From contig CAZLQF010000005.1 in the NCBI GenBank assembly GCA_964561545.1, forward strand, positions 51,928-115,927: a DNA stretch of 64,000 bases, given 5' to 3'. The translations under genes and the position numbers were made by a program. This DNA is from an uncultured Sphingobacteriales bacterium (GTDB taxonomy: Bacteria > Bacteroidota > Bacteroidia > CAILMK01 > CAYYUA01). The notes beneath the pieces are model-generated. The model had not been told where the DNA came from. It worked only from the letters and a program-made list of their open reading frames with translations, and ran no database searches. Within the stretch, counting starts at the first letter, position 1; every line of letters begins with the position of its first letter. Positions 1 to 10,149 of this stretch are shown in pieces.

Positions 1-202
1 TTTTTAAATAATTACTGTTTTGAAGTTATTTTATTTGAAATAATACAACCTTTAAGGTCATTTCTAATAATGATTTTTTAATAAAATTTTTATTGAGAAA
101 GTACTGCCTGAAAATTTTATCGCAAAATTCAGTAGGATTGATTTGTAAAGGTCTTGTAAAGAAGGGATTTAATAAGAAGGGGCTGGTTTTAAATTGGCAA
201 CT

Positions 203-634
203 TTATTGCTTTACATTTTTTGAGAAAAATTTTTCAGCAATCTCTTCAAGCTTTTCCTTTCTTAAGGGTTTAGCTATGTATCCACTTACCTCTTTATACG
301 CATTAGCTTTGCTTACATCCTCTTCATATACAGATGAAGATAACATCATTAGAATGGTATTCTTATTAGAATTCGCCAATAATGGCTTATAATATTCGAG
401 AAAATCCCATCCACTCATGATGGGCATGTTAATATCAAGCAATATAAGGTCTGGAAGGTCATCATTTAAGTCATTAACTTTTGATTCTAAAAGATCCAGT
501 GCTTCTCGAGCTCCTAAGGAAGTTTGTACCTTTTCAGCAAAGCCAGCTTGGTTAATTATTTTAGAGCAAACAAAATTATTAATTTCATCATCATCTATTA
601 TGAGCACTTCTTTAGCCTTGTAAGTCTTATCCAT
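203..634 (-). CDS. Single-domain response regulator (CheY-like receiver)
   Basis: IIDDD acidic pocket, LILLDINMP phospho-acceptor Asp, SSS at the T/S site, YIAKP; no output domain. Confidence 0.93.
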   Translation of the reverse strand: MDKTYKAKEVLIIDDDEINNFVCSKIINQAGFAEKVQTSLGAREALDLLESKVNDLNDDLPDLILLDINMPIMSGWDFLEYYKPLLANSNKNTILMMLSSSVYEEDVSKANAYKEVSGYIAKPLRKEKLEEIAEKFFSKNVKQ

Positions 635-805
635 CCTTTGGTTCTTTTATTAAACCCTAATTTAGGACAAAATTTAGAAAAAATATTGAAAATAGGCTAT
701 TATCCTTTTAACTAAATCAGCATTGTCTGGTGAAAAAATAAGGTTAGTAAGCAATTCCCCGGCTCTAATTTACTAATTAAGTGATTCATCATAAGGATAA
801 ATACT

Positions 806-1240
806 ATAAACAAATCTAAAAATTATGTTAGACAGCCCTTATTTACTCAACTCCCCGGCTTTATTAGTAAAAAAGACGTACAGGGCACTTCCAACGATTT
901 TGGGGCTAATCCTTATTTTAAATTCTTTAGGCCATGGGATCATTTGGTAACGATGCTTTAAGCGGTTTTCAGTGAATGTAAATCTCTTCGTGAAATCACT
1001 TCTGGGTTATTAACGGTGCAGCTTAAACTTAACCATTTAAGTTGAAAAGCCCTCTCAAGGGAAATTCTATTAGTGATAGCAATCAACCAAGACTAAGTGC
1101 AGTATTTGAGCATACTTATCAGGATTAACATTTCAGAACAAAGAATCTTAATCTCAACAATTTAGCCGGATTTTGGATTAATAAAATTTTGATGATCCAA
1201 TACAATTATTTAAATAAGTTTCAACACACGTTTAAGCTTA
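806..1240 (+). mobile_element. Degraded IS4-family transposase N-terminal fragment (DUF4372-like), pseudogene
   Basis: Manual translation from 806: INKSKNYVRQPLFTQLPGFISKKDVQGTSNDFGANPYFKFFRPWDHLVTML*AVFSECKSLREITSGLLTVQLKLNHL, then a frameshift near 1042 to KSPLKGNSISDSNQPRLSAVFEHTYQD*. This fits the remembered IS4 N-terminus (W-x-HLVTMLYA...SLRE...KLNHLG...STLSDAN). Start codon reads ATA and TAA is in frame at 959-961. The 3' limit is approximate. Confidence 0.75.
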
Positions 1241-1291
1241 CTCTTTTATAAAAAAGAGACATTCGGTTGTTCCTGCAGTTCACATCTTCAA

Positions 1292-2134
1292 TCAGTATGT
1301 ATAAGAGCCCAAAACCTCAGTATCAGGGTGAACACTTACTACAGGAACCGGTGAATGGTTAACCATTTGTTGGGCAAACGGACCCAAAAACAAGTTAGAA
1401 GGGCTGACTTCTTGCTCGGTCATCATGGTTATTAAGTCCGCATTGGTCCTTTCTGCATATTTAACGGTAAGGTCTGCAATGTTCTCACCAAACAATACGT
1501 CTTGCTTCACACTTACGTGGTGTTCCATTAAATTATTGGTAACCTGCTCAGCATATTGTTTTACCTTAAATATAGAACTGTCTTCGTCATTGGTGCAAAT
1601 GGCTATCACGTGAATGCGGGCTTTAAAATATTGAGCCAAGTCTCTTGCCATAGGAACTTTATGCCGCGTATGAATGGAACTGTCGATGGGCAATACAATT
1701 TCTTCGATGGATTTTTTAGTGAAATTCTCCCGAAGGGTCATCACTGGACAATTAGCAGCAGTTACTACTTTGTAGGAGTTACTGCCGATCCAGAATTCCT
1801 CAAAACCGGAAGTTCCGTGAGTACCCATAATGATCATATAGGCATCCAATTCATCAGCAAGTTTTACTACCTCCCGGTACATCTTGCCTTCCTTGAGATA
1901 AAAAGGGTAGTCTTGTTTGTAGTGTTTTTTAAGCTCTTCAACCTTTTTGGTTAGTTGTTCTGAATATTCATTTTCCGCTTGAGTACTATATCGGAAAATG
2001 GATTCCATCAGTCCAGGTTCTTTGACATGGACAAGGCTTACTTGCCCAATAATTTTTTCTGCTACATGGTTGGCTTTTTCCAAAGCATTGATAGAATGCT
2101 CTGAAAAATCGATAGGTACAAGTATGTTTTTCAT
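1292..2134 (-). CDS. Universal stress protein, tandem USP domains
   Basis: MKNILVPIDFS, IIMGTHGTSG, NSYKVVTAANCPV; second domain IVLPIDSS...VNHSPVPVVSV. Confidence 0.93.
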   Translation of the reverse strand: MKNILVPIDFSEHSINALEKANHVAEKIIGQVSLVHVKEPGLMESIFRYSTQAENEYSEQLTKKVEELKKHYKQDYPFYLKEGKMYREVVKLADELDAYMIIMGTHGTSGFEEFWIGSNSYKVVTAANCPVMTLRENFTKKSIEEIVLPIDSSIHTRHKVPMARDLAQYFKARIHVIAICTNDEDSSIFKVKQYAEQVTNNLMEHHVSVKQDVLFGENIADLTVKYAERTNADLITMMTEQEVSPSNLFLGPFAQQMVNHSPVPVVSVHPDTEVLGSYTY

Positions 2135-2196
2135 AGGTAAGAATTTTTATAAATATAAAGAAATTGTATTGTTTCACCAACTAACATGGATTGAGG

Positions 2197-2796
2197 TTAA
2201 TTATTGGCCTTAAAAGATGGTAATAACATAGGTACTTCCTTTTGATAATTGATATAAGCATTGCCAAATTCTTGTACCAGTTTTCGTTCCTCAATTTTGA
2301 TACCGATCAAAACGTAAATAAAAATCAATAAAACGCTAATAACACCTGCGAGGGTAAAATTGTAAATCAAATAACCTCCTAAAACCACCATGGTACCAAA
2401 ATAAACGGGATGGCGTACCATGCCAAACGGCCCATCTGTGTAAAGCTTTTTAAAAGGCTGTGTAGCTTTATTGGATTGAATTCCAATGAAAGGCTTCATA
2501 TCGTGTTGCCCCATCACTCTTGCAACAATTAAGGAACCGGTAAAAGCAAACAAAACACCTGTGTATTTAATTAAAACGCTTGATTCTAATATCTGGATGG
2601 CCGGTAAATCATAAATATAGTAACCTATAAAAATAAGACCAGCTACAGCAATGAAGTTGTAAAGCAGGCGGTAAAATCGGGCAAAGAAAGGCATTTTATC
2701 TTCCACCCAACATTTGACATAATAACTCGCAAGCAAGCTATGAAATGTAAAGTAAAATATCCATAACATAGCAAGGATTGAATATTGTAAGATCAT
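2197..2796 (-). CDS. Isoprenylcysteine carboxyl methyltransferase-family membrane protein (MddA/nurim-like)
   Basis: Multi-TM; FHSLLAS near N-terminus; [17 protein letters not shown] and [25 protein letters not shown] motifs. ATG at 2796 preferred over the track's upstream start. Confidence 0.8.
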   Translation of the reverse strand: MILQYSILAMLWIFYFTFHSLLASYYVKCWVEDKMPFFARFYRLLYNFIAVAGLIFIGYYIYDLPAIQILESSVLIKYTGVLFAFTGSLIVARVMGQHDMKPFIGIQSNKATQPFKKLYTDGPFGMVRHPVYFGTMVVLGGYLIYNFTLAGVISVLLIFIYVLIGIKIEERKLVQEFGNAYINYQKEVPMLLPSFKANN

Positions 2797-2880
2797 AATA
2801 ATTTGAAAGCAATTGAAGCTTTCCACGCGTTACTATTAAACAAATCTTCAGCTAAGCTCTTAAAATTTTATGAAATTTGT

Positions 2881-3945
2881 ATGAATGGTAACCAACAAAT
2901 CTTACAATTAGTGGATCAGGAAAATTTTGAGCGCCCCCTTGATGATTTATCCCAACAAGAAAAGGAAGCAGAACAGGAATTAAGGCCTAAGAGCTTTGAG
3001 GACTTCTTTGGCCAACATAAGCTGGTAGACAATCTCAAAGTTTTTGTAAGAGCCGCTTGGCAAAGGGGCGATGCATTGGATCATGTGCTTTTGCACGGTC
3101 CGCCAGGTTTGGGAAAAACAACCCTTGCTCATATCATTGCCTCTGAACTTAATGTAGGCATTAAGATCACTTCCGGACCTGTGCTTGATAAACCTGGGGA
3201 TTTGGCAGGCCTTTTGACCAATTTGGAGGAAGGCGATATCCTATTCATTGATGAAATCCACCGTTTAAGTCCAGTCATTGAAGAGTACCTTTATTCAGCC
3301 ATGGAGGATTTCCGGATTGACATTATGCTGGAAAGCGGCCCTAATGCTAAAAGCGTTCGCCTCAAGCTCAATCCTTTTACATTGGTAGGTGCAACTACAA
3401 GATCCGGGTTGCTTACAGCTCCTTTAAGGGCCAGATTTGGGATCAATTCAAGGCTGGAATACTATGATACAGAACTCTTGGCCAATATTATTAAACGGGC
3501 GGCCAAAATATTGGATGTAGAAATAGAAGAAGCGGCAGCACAAGAAATGGCGAGGAGAAGCAGGGGAACGCCCCGGATTGCTAATGCTCTTTTGAGAAGG
3601 GTTCGGGATTTTGCACAAATAAAAGGAGAGGGGATCATTGAAATAAAAATTACCCAACATGCCTTAGATGCCCTGAATGTGGATACTGAGGGATTGGATG
3701 AAATGGACAATAAAATCTTATCGACCATAATTAAAAAATTTCAGGGAGGACCGGTAGGCTTAACTACAATTGCAACAGCCGTAAGTGAAGAAGCCGGTAC
3801 CATTGAAGAAGTTTATGAGCCCTATTTGATACAAAAAGGATTTATTAAAAGAACGCCTCGTGGTCGTGTAGCTACTGCCAAAGCTTATCAGCATCTTGGT
3901 ATTGCCTTTAATAGCGAAACTGGAACTCCGGATCTCTTTGAATAG
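2881..3945 (+). CDS. ruvB: Holliday junction branch migration helicase RuvB
   Basis: [12 protein letters not shown], Walker [44 protein letters not shown] at 2881 is the likely start. Confidence 0.98.
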   Translation: MNGNQQILQLVDQENFERPLDDLSQQEKEAEQELRPKSFEDFFGQHKLVDNLKVFVRAAWQRGDALDHVLLHGPPGLGKTTLAHIIASELNVGIKITSGPVLDKPGDLAGLLTNLEEGDILFIDEIHRLSPVIEEYLYSAMEDFRIDIMLESGPNAKSVRLKLNPFTLVGATTRSGLLTAPLRARFGINSRLEYYDTELLANIIKRAAKILDVEIEEAAAQEMARRSRGTPRIANALLRRVRDFAQIKGEGIIEIKITQHALDALNVDTEGLDEMDNKILSTIIKKFQGGPVGLTTIATAVSEEAGTIEEVYEPYLIQKGFIKRTPRGRVATAKAYQHLGIAFNSETGTPDLFE

Positions 3946-4082
3946 GACTATAAGTTTTGAGAAAACTTACTTACTTAGCCTGCAGCATAGATAAGTTTTA
4001 TGGAAGCTTATTTTTGTAGCGCCACTTTTATTTGAATTTTATGAATGTTAAGTTAAATTGACAAATCGCTAAATAGCTACCG

Positions 4083-5033
4083 ATGAGCCATAATCCAATG
4101 ACAAAAGCGCGCCATACCCAAATGATAAGGGAGGAAAGCAAAAGGCTTGGCTTCTCTTACTGTGGTCTGGCAAAGGCTGAATTTCTGGAGGAGGAAGCTC
4201 CGGAATTGGAAAAATGGCTTAAAGAAGGGAAGCATGGGAAAATGGAATACATGGAACGGAACTTTGACAAGCGATTGGACCCAACCAAACTGGTGCCGGG
4301 TGCCAAAACTGTTGTTTCGCTGATGTTCAATTATTTTCCGGATGATGAAGAGCAAAATGAAGCAAGCAGTTATAAGGTTTCGAAATATGCTTATGGACGT
4401 GATTATCACAAAGTAGTTAAGAAAAAGCTTAAGCAATTACTGGATTTTATTCATAAACACATAGGACACGTAGAAGGGCGCGGATTTGTAGATTCTGCAC
4501 CCATGATGGATAAAGCCTGGGCTAAAAAGGCTGGCATTGGGTGGATGGGTAAGCACACCAATATCTTGAATAAAGAGCAAGGGTCTTACTTTTTCCTGGC
4601 TGAATTGGTAATTGACTTAGAACTTGAGTATGATGCCCCAATGAAGGATTTTTGCGGGAGTTGCACCCGTTGTATTGATGCCTGCCCCACTAATGCCATT
4701 ACTGAACCTTATAAAGTGGATGCCAATAAGTGCATTTCTTACCTCACCATAGAGCTTAAGGAAGAAATGCCGGATCAATATAAAGACCAACTCAACGGAT
4801 GGATCTTTGGTTGCGATATATGCCAGGACGTTTGCCCGTGGAATAAATTCTCCAAAAAACATCAGGAGCCTGACTTTGAACCACGAGAACCCATTAAGCG
4901 CTTTGAAGACGAGGATTGGGAAGAAATAACGGAGGAGATCTTCGAAAAACATTTCAAGGGCACTGCTTTGAAAAGAGCGAAGTTTGAAGGTTTAAAAAAC
5001 AACATTAAAGCAGTGAAAGAGGGAAGGGGATGA
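4083..5033 (+). CDS. queG: Epoxyqueuosine reductase QueG
   Basis: [26 protein letters not shown] and [11 protein letters not shown] Fe-S motifs. Confidence 0.96.
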   Translation: MSHNPMTKARHTQMIREESKRLGFSYCGLAKAEFLEEEAPELEKWLKEGKHGKMEYMERNFDKRLDPTKLVPGAKTVVSLMFNYFPDDEEQNEASSYKVSKYAYGRDYHKVVKKKLKQLLDFIHKHIGHVEGRGFVDSAPMMDKAWAKKAGIGWMGKHTNILNKEQGSYFFLAELVIDLELEYDAPMKDFCGSCTRCIDACPTNAITEPYKVDANKCISYLTIELKEEMPDQYKDQLNGWIFGCDICQDVCPWNKFSKKHQEPDFEPREPIKRFEDEDWEEITEEIFEKHFKGTALKRAKFEGLKNNIKAVKEGRG

Positions 5034-5100
5034 ATGATTGGTTTTTGAACTTAATCAGCGGTTAATAAAGAAGATTATTCACAGATAATGGCTAATCAGA

Positions 5101-7062
5101 TTACGGTTTTTTTCCTGTTCCAATGACCTTAAATTCAGTTCTCCGATTAGCGGCCCTGCCTTCTTCTGTTTCATTGGACTCAATGGGATCTTTTTCTCCA
5201 TAGCCTTTGTAGGTAAGGCGATCAGCTTTGATGCTGCCCTTATTAATTAAATAGTGGTATACTTCCTTTGCCCTTTTTTTAGATAATTCCTGGTTGTAAT
5301 TTTTAGATCCTTGATAGTCCGTATAGCCCCCTATTTCAATATTGACCTCTGGGTTATTGTTCATGAATTTAACGAGCTTTTGTAGCTCTGTTTTAGACTT
5401 GCCTTTAAGTTTATAGGAATCTAATTCAAAAAAGATGTTCCGCAGCACGACCTTTTTTCCCTTCTCAATAGGCTGGAGGGGAATATCCCTGATATAGGGT
5501 TTGGTAGAATCATAGGACTTGACCGGTAAATGGTCTGAAAAAAACATGTAGCCCTTTTTATTGACGTTAAGGGCATAATTGTGGTCTGATTGGACCGGTA
5601 CCAAAAACTGACCTGATTTTGCAGCTGAGTGGGACTTAACCGCCAATTCATTGGTTTCAAGGTTCAGTAGTTCAAAATCGGCTTTTAAAGGTTCCTTAGT
5701 TACGGCATTGTAAACTTTGCCTTTTAGATAAGTAATCGGCTTGGGCCTGATCTTTTCAGGTAGTTTAAAATGGTAAATATCATAATTGCCATAGCCACCT
5801 TCCATCTTAGAAGCAACAAATGCGGTAGTGGCATCAGCGGTAATAAAAATACTGATTTCGTCATCTTGGGTGTTAATTGGATAACCAAGATTTTTGGGCT
5901 CCTTAAACTTGCCGGTTACCGTATCTTTCTTGGTGTAAAATAGATCGGTACCACCCATGCCCAGCCGTTTTTTGGATGAAAAATAAAGCGTATGGTTATC
6001 CGGGTGAATGAAAGGGGATTGGTCTACACCACTTGTGTTAATAACTCGAAGATTTTCAGGTGCTCCCCATTCACCGTTAGGTTTTCTTTTACTTTTCCAG
6101 ATATCTAATTTACCGGAAGTCCCTTTGCGATCACTGGCAAAATATAGGGTTCTTCCATCGTAGGAGATCGAGGGTTGTGTTTCTTTAGCCGATGAATTCA
6201 CAGGCCCCCCAAGGTTTTTAGGCTCGGTCCAAGTGCCATTTTTATACTTAGATAAGTAAATATCGCAACGCCCCAAACCATCCGGCCATTGACAACCGGT
6301 AAATAAAATGTAATTGCCATCCGGTGATATGGTAATAGCGCCTTCATTGTAATTTTTAGAATTTATACGGCCTTCTGCATGCTTAGCCTTTTGCCATGTT
6401 CCATCCTGCTTCTTCTTGCTGTAGAAAATGTCCTCATTAAACCTTTTCATCCCCAAGGATGTGGAATCTTCAATGATTTTGCGTGTAAAAAAAAGCGTTT
6501 GCGCGTCTGCTGTCAATACAGGCCAGTATTCTCCTGCACTTGTATTGATATTGCCGCCTGCATTTTTTGGATCGTAAGGAAGCGAATCCTTCATGGCTTC
6601 AAGCCGAAATTTTGACTTTTTGATGTTTTTTTCTGCATAATCTTTGTACTTGTCCGGAGCATCCGGGAAATTGACAAATTTTTGAAACTTTTGCTTGGCT
6701 TTATCATAATTTTTAAGCTGCATTTGAACCTTCCCAAGGTTGTAGTAGCTACCTGGGTATTCTGGTTGCTTTTTTATTAAATTTTGGTAAACAGCCTTTT
6801 CCTTTTTAAGCTTATTACGTTTATTAAAAGCTGTACCTAAAAGCATGTAAGCTTCCTTAAAACTTGAGTCTGCTTTTATGGCCTTTTTAGCAAGGGTTGC
6901 CACCTTTTTATACGCTCGTTGAGTTTGGTATTTATTGGCCTTGTAATAATATTGGCGGGCTTCAGGGTTTACCTGATCTTTTTGCTGGTCATCTTGCCCA
7001 TTCAGGGCAAAACTTAGGGCTATAAAGAGTAAAAGGAAAAAACTAATCTTTTTTAAAGTCAT
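5101..7062 (-). CDS. OmpA-family protein with TPR, PD40 beta-propeller, carboxypeptidase-regulatory-like and OmpA domains (PorE-like)
   Basis: Signal peptide ending LNG-Q; TPR helices; repeated NLG..IN and P.IS.DG..LYF.S PD40 units; C-terminal NIFFELDS...IGGYTD...N.ELSKKRA...NRRTEF. Confidence 0.9.
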   Translation of the reverse strand: MTLKKISFFLLLFIALSFALNGQDDQQKDQVNPEARQYYYKANKYQTQRAYKKVATLAKKAIKADSSFKEAYMLLGTAFNKRNKLKKEKAVYQNLIKKQPEYPGSYYNLGKVQMQLKNYDKAKQKFQKFVNFPDAPDKYKDYAEKNIKKSKFRLEAMKDSLPYDPKNAGGNINTSAGEYWPVLTADAQTLFFTRKIIEDSTSLGMKRFNEDIFYSKKKQDGTWQKAKHAEGRINSKNYNEGAITISPDGNYILFTGCQWPDGLGRCDIYLSKYKNGTWTEPKNLGGPVNSSAKETQPSISYDGRTLYFASDRKGTSGKLDIWKSKRKPNGEWGAPENLRVINTSGVDQSPFIHPDNHTLYFSSKKRLGMGGTDLFYTKKDTVTGKFKEPKNLGYPINTQDDEISIFITADATTAFVASKMEGGYGNYDIYHFKLPEKIRPKPITYLKGKVYNAVTKEPLKADFELLNLETNELAVKSHSAAKSGQFLVPVQSDHNYALNVNKKGYMFFSDHLPVKSYDSTKPYIRDIPLQPIEKGKKVVLRNIFFELDSYKLKGKSKTELQKLVKFMNNNPEVNIEIGGYTDYQGSKNYNQELSKKRAKEVYHYLINKGSIKADRLTYKGYGEKDPIESNETEEGRAANRRTEFKVIGTGKKP

Positions 7063-7086
7063 AAAATAAATGCTCAAACGTCCAAA

Positions 7087-8364
7087 TCATTCAATACTTA
7101 AAAGGTAATAATTTTTCTTGCCCTTTTGTAGCAAAATGTAACGATTATTGATAAGGTCATTTTCAGAAATTTCACTTTCAATATCTGATCTTTTGGTTTT
7201 GTTTACACTGATGGCGTTGCCTTTGATCATTTTCTTGGCCTCATTCTTTGAGGGTAGAACATTGGTTTCTACAGCAAGTAAGTCGATTAAGTTAATACCA
7301 TTTTTTAAACGGCTTCTATCAACCTGGTATTGCGGTACCCCGTCCATAGCAGATAGTAGCGTGGATTCATCAAGCGAATTCAAATCTTGTGTGGTAGATC
7401 TTCCAAAAAGGATGTTGGAGGCTTTTACAGCCTTATCATGTTCTTCTTTGGAATGGATAAATGTGGTCACTTCTTCGGCCAGTTTTTGCTGTAAAATTCT
7501 TTGATGAGGCGCTTCATAGTGTTGTTTGGTTAGTGTTTCGATTTCCGCTTTGGTTAAAAAAGTGAAGATCTTGATGAATTTTTCGGCATCAGCATCCGAA
7601 ACATTGAGCCAGAATTGGTAAAAACGGTATGGAGAAGTCAACTCAGGATTTAAGTAAATGTTGCCCTTTTCTGTTTTGCCGAATTTGGAGCCATCCGTTT
7701 TGGTAACCAAAGGAGAGGTCACCGCATAAGCCTCGTCACCTCGTAAACGTCTTATGAGCTCTACCCCTGAAGTAAGGTTGCCCCATTGATCTGATCCACC
7801 CATTTGGACGGTACACTGATAATCTTCAAAAAGCCTGTAAAAATCATAAGCCTGCAAGAGTTGGTAGGTAAATTCGGTGTAGGATATACCAGATTCCAAC
7901 CTTGATTTAACTGAATCTTTGGCCATCATGTAATTGACGGTTAAATGCTTGCCAATTTCCCGTAAAAAATACAGTATGTTCATGCTCTGATACCATTCAT
8001 AGTTATTGAGCATAAAGACTGGATTGGTATCAGAATGAATATCCAGATATTTCTGGAGTTGTTGTTGAAATCCGTTTATGTTTGAGTGGAGCTGCTCTTC
8101 TGAAAGCAGCTGGCGCTCTTGAGTTTTACCTGATGGATCCCCTATCATGCCAGTAGCTCCACCAAGCAAGGCAATGGGTTGATGCCCGGCCCTTTGAAAA
8201 TGCTTCAGAATAATGATCTGGACCAGGTTGCCAATTCCCAATGATGGTGCAGTAGGATCAAAGCCAATGTAGCCAAGCGTTTTGTGATTGTTCAAATGCT
8301 TTTGGCTGCCGGGGATCATGTCGTAAAATAGACCTCGCCATTTGAGTTCTTCTATGAAATCCAT
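7087..8364 (-). CDS. tyrS: Tyrosine--tRNA ligase
   Basis: ELKWRGL, YIGFDPTAPSLGIGN, QMGGSDQWGN, KFGKT, C-terminal S4 domain ending LLQKGKKNY. ATG at 8364. Confidence 0.97.
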   Translation of the reverse strand: MDFIEELKWRGLFYDMIPGSQKHLNNHKTLGYIGFDPTAPSLGIGNLVQIIILKHFQRAGHQPIALLGGATGMIGDPSGKTQERQLLSEEQLHSNINGFQQQLQKYLDIHSDTNPVFMLNNYEWYQSMNILYFLREIGKHLTVNYMMAKDSVKSRLESGISYTEFTYQLLQAYDFYRLFEDYQCTVQMGGSDQWGNLTSGVELIRRLRGDEAYAVTSPLVTKTDGSKFGKTEKGNIYLNPELTSPYRFYQFWLNVSDADAEKFIKIFTFLTKAEIETLTKQHYEAPHQRILQQKLAEEVTTFIHSKEEHDKAVKASNILFGRSTTQDLNSLDESTLLSAMDGVPQYQVDRSRLKNGINLIDLLAVETNVLPSKNEAKKMIKGNAISVNKTKRSDIESEISENDLINNRYILLQKGKKNYYLLSIE

Positions 8365-8394
8365 TAAGCTTATTTTGATTTGAAATTTACCTTG

Positions 8395-8402
8395 CAAAAT
8401 TA
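8395..8402 (-). promoter_or_regulatory. Bacteroidota sigma70 -7 element for tyrS
   Basis: Plus-strand CAAAATTA reads TAATTTTG (TAnnTTTG) on the minus strand, 30 nt upstream of the ATG; no clean -33 TTTG. Confidence 0.5.
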
Positions 8403-8483
8403 GCCGATTCAAGGGAAATAATTACATCAAACCAAAAGCCTGTTTTGTTGCCTTTAATGTATTTATAATTCAGTTTAGCAGGA

Positions 8484-9359
8484 TTATGTTTCCATTTCCC
8501 GGTTGAGCCAAAAGCCGGAAGCCAACAATAAAAGCCCCCCAAAGATCATATTGATGGAAGGAACTTCATTGAATATGAGATAACCCAATAAACTTGCCAC
8601 TATTGGAGAAACTATAATATCAACTAAAGAATAAACATTAGCGGTTAGGTTTCTTAAAACCAAAGAGATGAATAAATAAGCTACGCCAGTAGAAAAAACG
8701 CCCAAACAAATAACCCATAAAAGTATGGGTAACTTCATATCAATCGCAGCATAATCTATCAACTTAAAAACCGATCCTGGGCCAAAAATAAAAAGGGTGG
8801 GTAATAGGATCAATGAGGCAATGGCCATGAACCAAACCACCATGCTGGGTGATTCACTTTTTCCCATATAGCGCATATAGCTGACAAGTGCCGCATAGGA
8901 AATCCCGGAAGTGAGCGCTGTCAAATTGCCCCAAATGGCTTCAGTTTTTAAGGGTTTGGCAATGATGATGCCCGTAAGTGCAATAATAAAAATAAAAATA
9001 TGCTGCTTTTGGGCCCTTTCATTTAAAAACCAATAGGAGAAAATGAATACGAAGAAAGGGGCTATGCTCCAAAAAATGACCACATTAGCAATAGGAGCCA
9101 ATGTCATGGCAATATTGAACAAACTAATCTGAAGCACAATAAATATCCCAATGATGACAATGGGCTTGGCATTGTTCTGGTCTAATCGCCAAAAGTCCTT
9201 TTTAATAAAGGGAACCGTGGCTAACAGGAATAAAAATGCAAAAAATACCCGGTAAAAATTAAGGGTAAAAACAGGGACGCTGTCTCCTGTCAATTTCACG
9301 AACACACCTATGGTAGCTTCGGCAAGGGTGATGAGGGTAAGGTAGAGGTACTTATGCAT
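8484..9359 (-). CDS. EamA/DMT family transporter
   Basis: About 10 TM helices in two repeated halves; ending PSINMIFGGLLLLASG. Confidence 0.88.
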   Translation of the reverse strand: MHKYLYLTLITLAEATIGVFVKLTGDSVPVFTLNFYRVFFAFLFLLATVPFIKKDFWRLDQNNAKPIVIIGIFIVLQISLFNIAMTLAPIANVVIFWSIAPFFVFIFSYWFLNERAQKQHIFIFIIALTGIIIAKPLKTEAIWGNLTALTSGISYAALVSYMRYMGKSESPSMVVWFMAIASLILLPTLFIFGPGSVFKLIDYAAIDMKLPILLWVICLGVFSTGVAYLFISLVLRNLTANVYSLVDIIVSPIVASLLGYLIFNEVPSINMIFGGLLLLASGFWLNREMET

Positions 9360-9391
9360 GGGAGGGGTTTAAATTTAATTTCTTGTCTAAG

Positions 9392-9399
9392 CAAATTTA
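9392..9399 (-). promoter_or_regulatory. Bacteroidota -7 element for the EamA gene
   Basis: CAAATTTA reads TAAATTTG on the minus strand, 32 nt upstream of the ATG. Confidence 0.5.
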
Positions 9400-9863
9400 G
9401 GTATTGGTTTAAAAAACCAACCTTAATCCTAAATAAACCTCAAATAGGTGTTTTTGAATTAAACCCAAAAATTGAAGTAGAGCAGGATTAAGACCAATTT
9501 AGTTGTTGCAGTAAAAAGTTACTTAAAAGGCGACTTTAATAGGCATTCAATAACACTTGCAATTGTTGTAGCATTTAAAAATTTCTGCATTAAAAATGAA
9601 TTAAGATCTATTTGATCCTCATAATTCGCAAAACCTTAATTATTGAGCATTTTAATTGCCCTTGATTCGAAATTTTATTTTATAAAATAATTTAATAAAT
9701 TTTGGTAGAATTACTATTAATTTTTGGTTGAAGATCAGTATATCATTTAAATAAGAAAGTTGTAAGATTTTTTGGGTCAATAAGGATCGCCATTTATTAA
9801 ATTTGATCGGAAAAAGCTTATATCTTGTTGCTTTTGATTAAATAAAAGTCCAATAAAATCCAA

Positions 9864-9881
9864 AAATGACTTTTGTCATTT
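9864..9881. promoter_or_regulatory. Perfect dyad AAATGAC-TTTT-GTCATTT, candidate operator
   Basis: 7-bp inverted repeat with 4-nt spacer, 55 nt upstream of the DUF2892 ATG. Confidence 0.4.
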
Positions 9882-9936
9882 ATGCTTACAAAGATACCGC
9901 TTAATTTAGCATCATCAATTTCAAAAATTAAGTGTT

Positions 9937-10143
9937 ATGCAAAAGAATATGGGAACTTCGGACCGTATAATAAGAGCTTTGGTAGCTATAGCCATTGGGA
10001 TTCTTTATTTTACCAATGTTATTACGGGTGCATTGAGCGTCATCTTAATGATTGCCGCCATTGTCTTTTTATTAACCAGTTTTGTTTCGGTTTGTCCTTT
10101 ATATGGGATTTTAGGTACTCGAACCAATAAGGATGCCAAATAA
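9937..10143 (+). CDS. DUF2892 (YgaP-like) small membrane protein
   Basis: MQKNMGTSDRIIR, two TM helices, LLTSFVSVCPLYGILGTRT. Confidence 0.92.
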   Translation: MQKNMGTSDRIIRALVAIAIGILYFTNVITGALSVILMIAAIVFLLTSFVSVCPLYGILGTRTNKDAK

Positions 10144-10149
10144 GTTGAG

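Noticed and set aside
744-870. TCCCCGGCT occurring twice (756, 852), each inside a short TTAGTAA/TTACTAA-type inverted repeat
   Set aside because: The second copy lies within the IS4 relic coding frame, the stems are weak and AT-rich, and two 9-mers do not support a separate element.
2803-2880. N-terminal extensions in the ORF track for ruvB, and likewise tyrS, rfbC, TolC, the ORF at 34708 and the last ORF
   Set aside because: Longest-ORF artefacts; family-typical N-termini or signal peptides begin at downstream starts, and the extensions overlap neighbours or promoter boxes.
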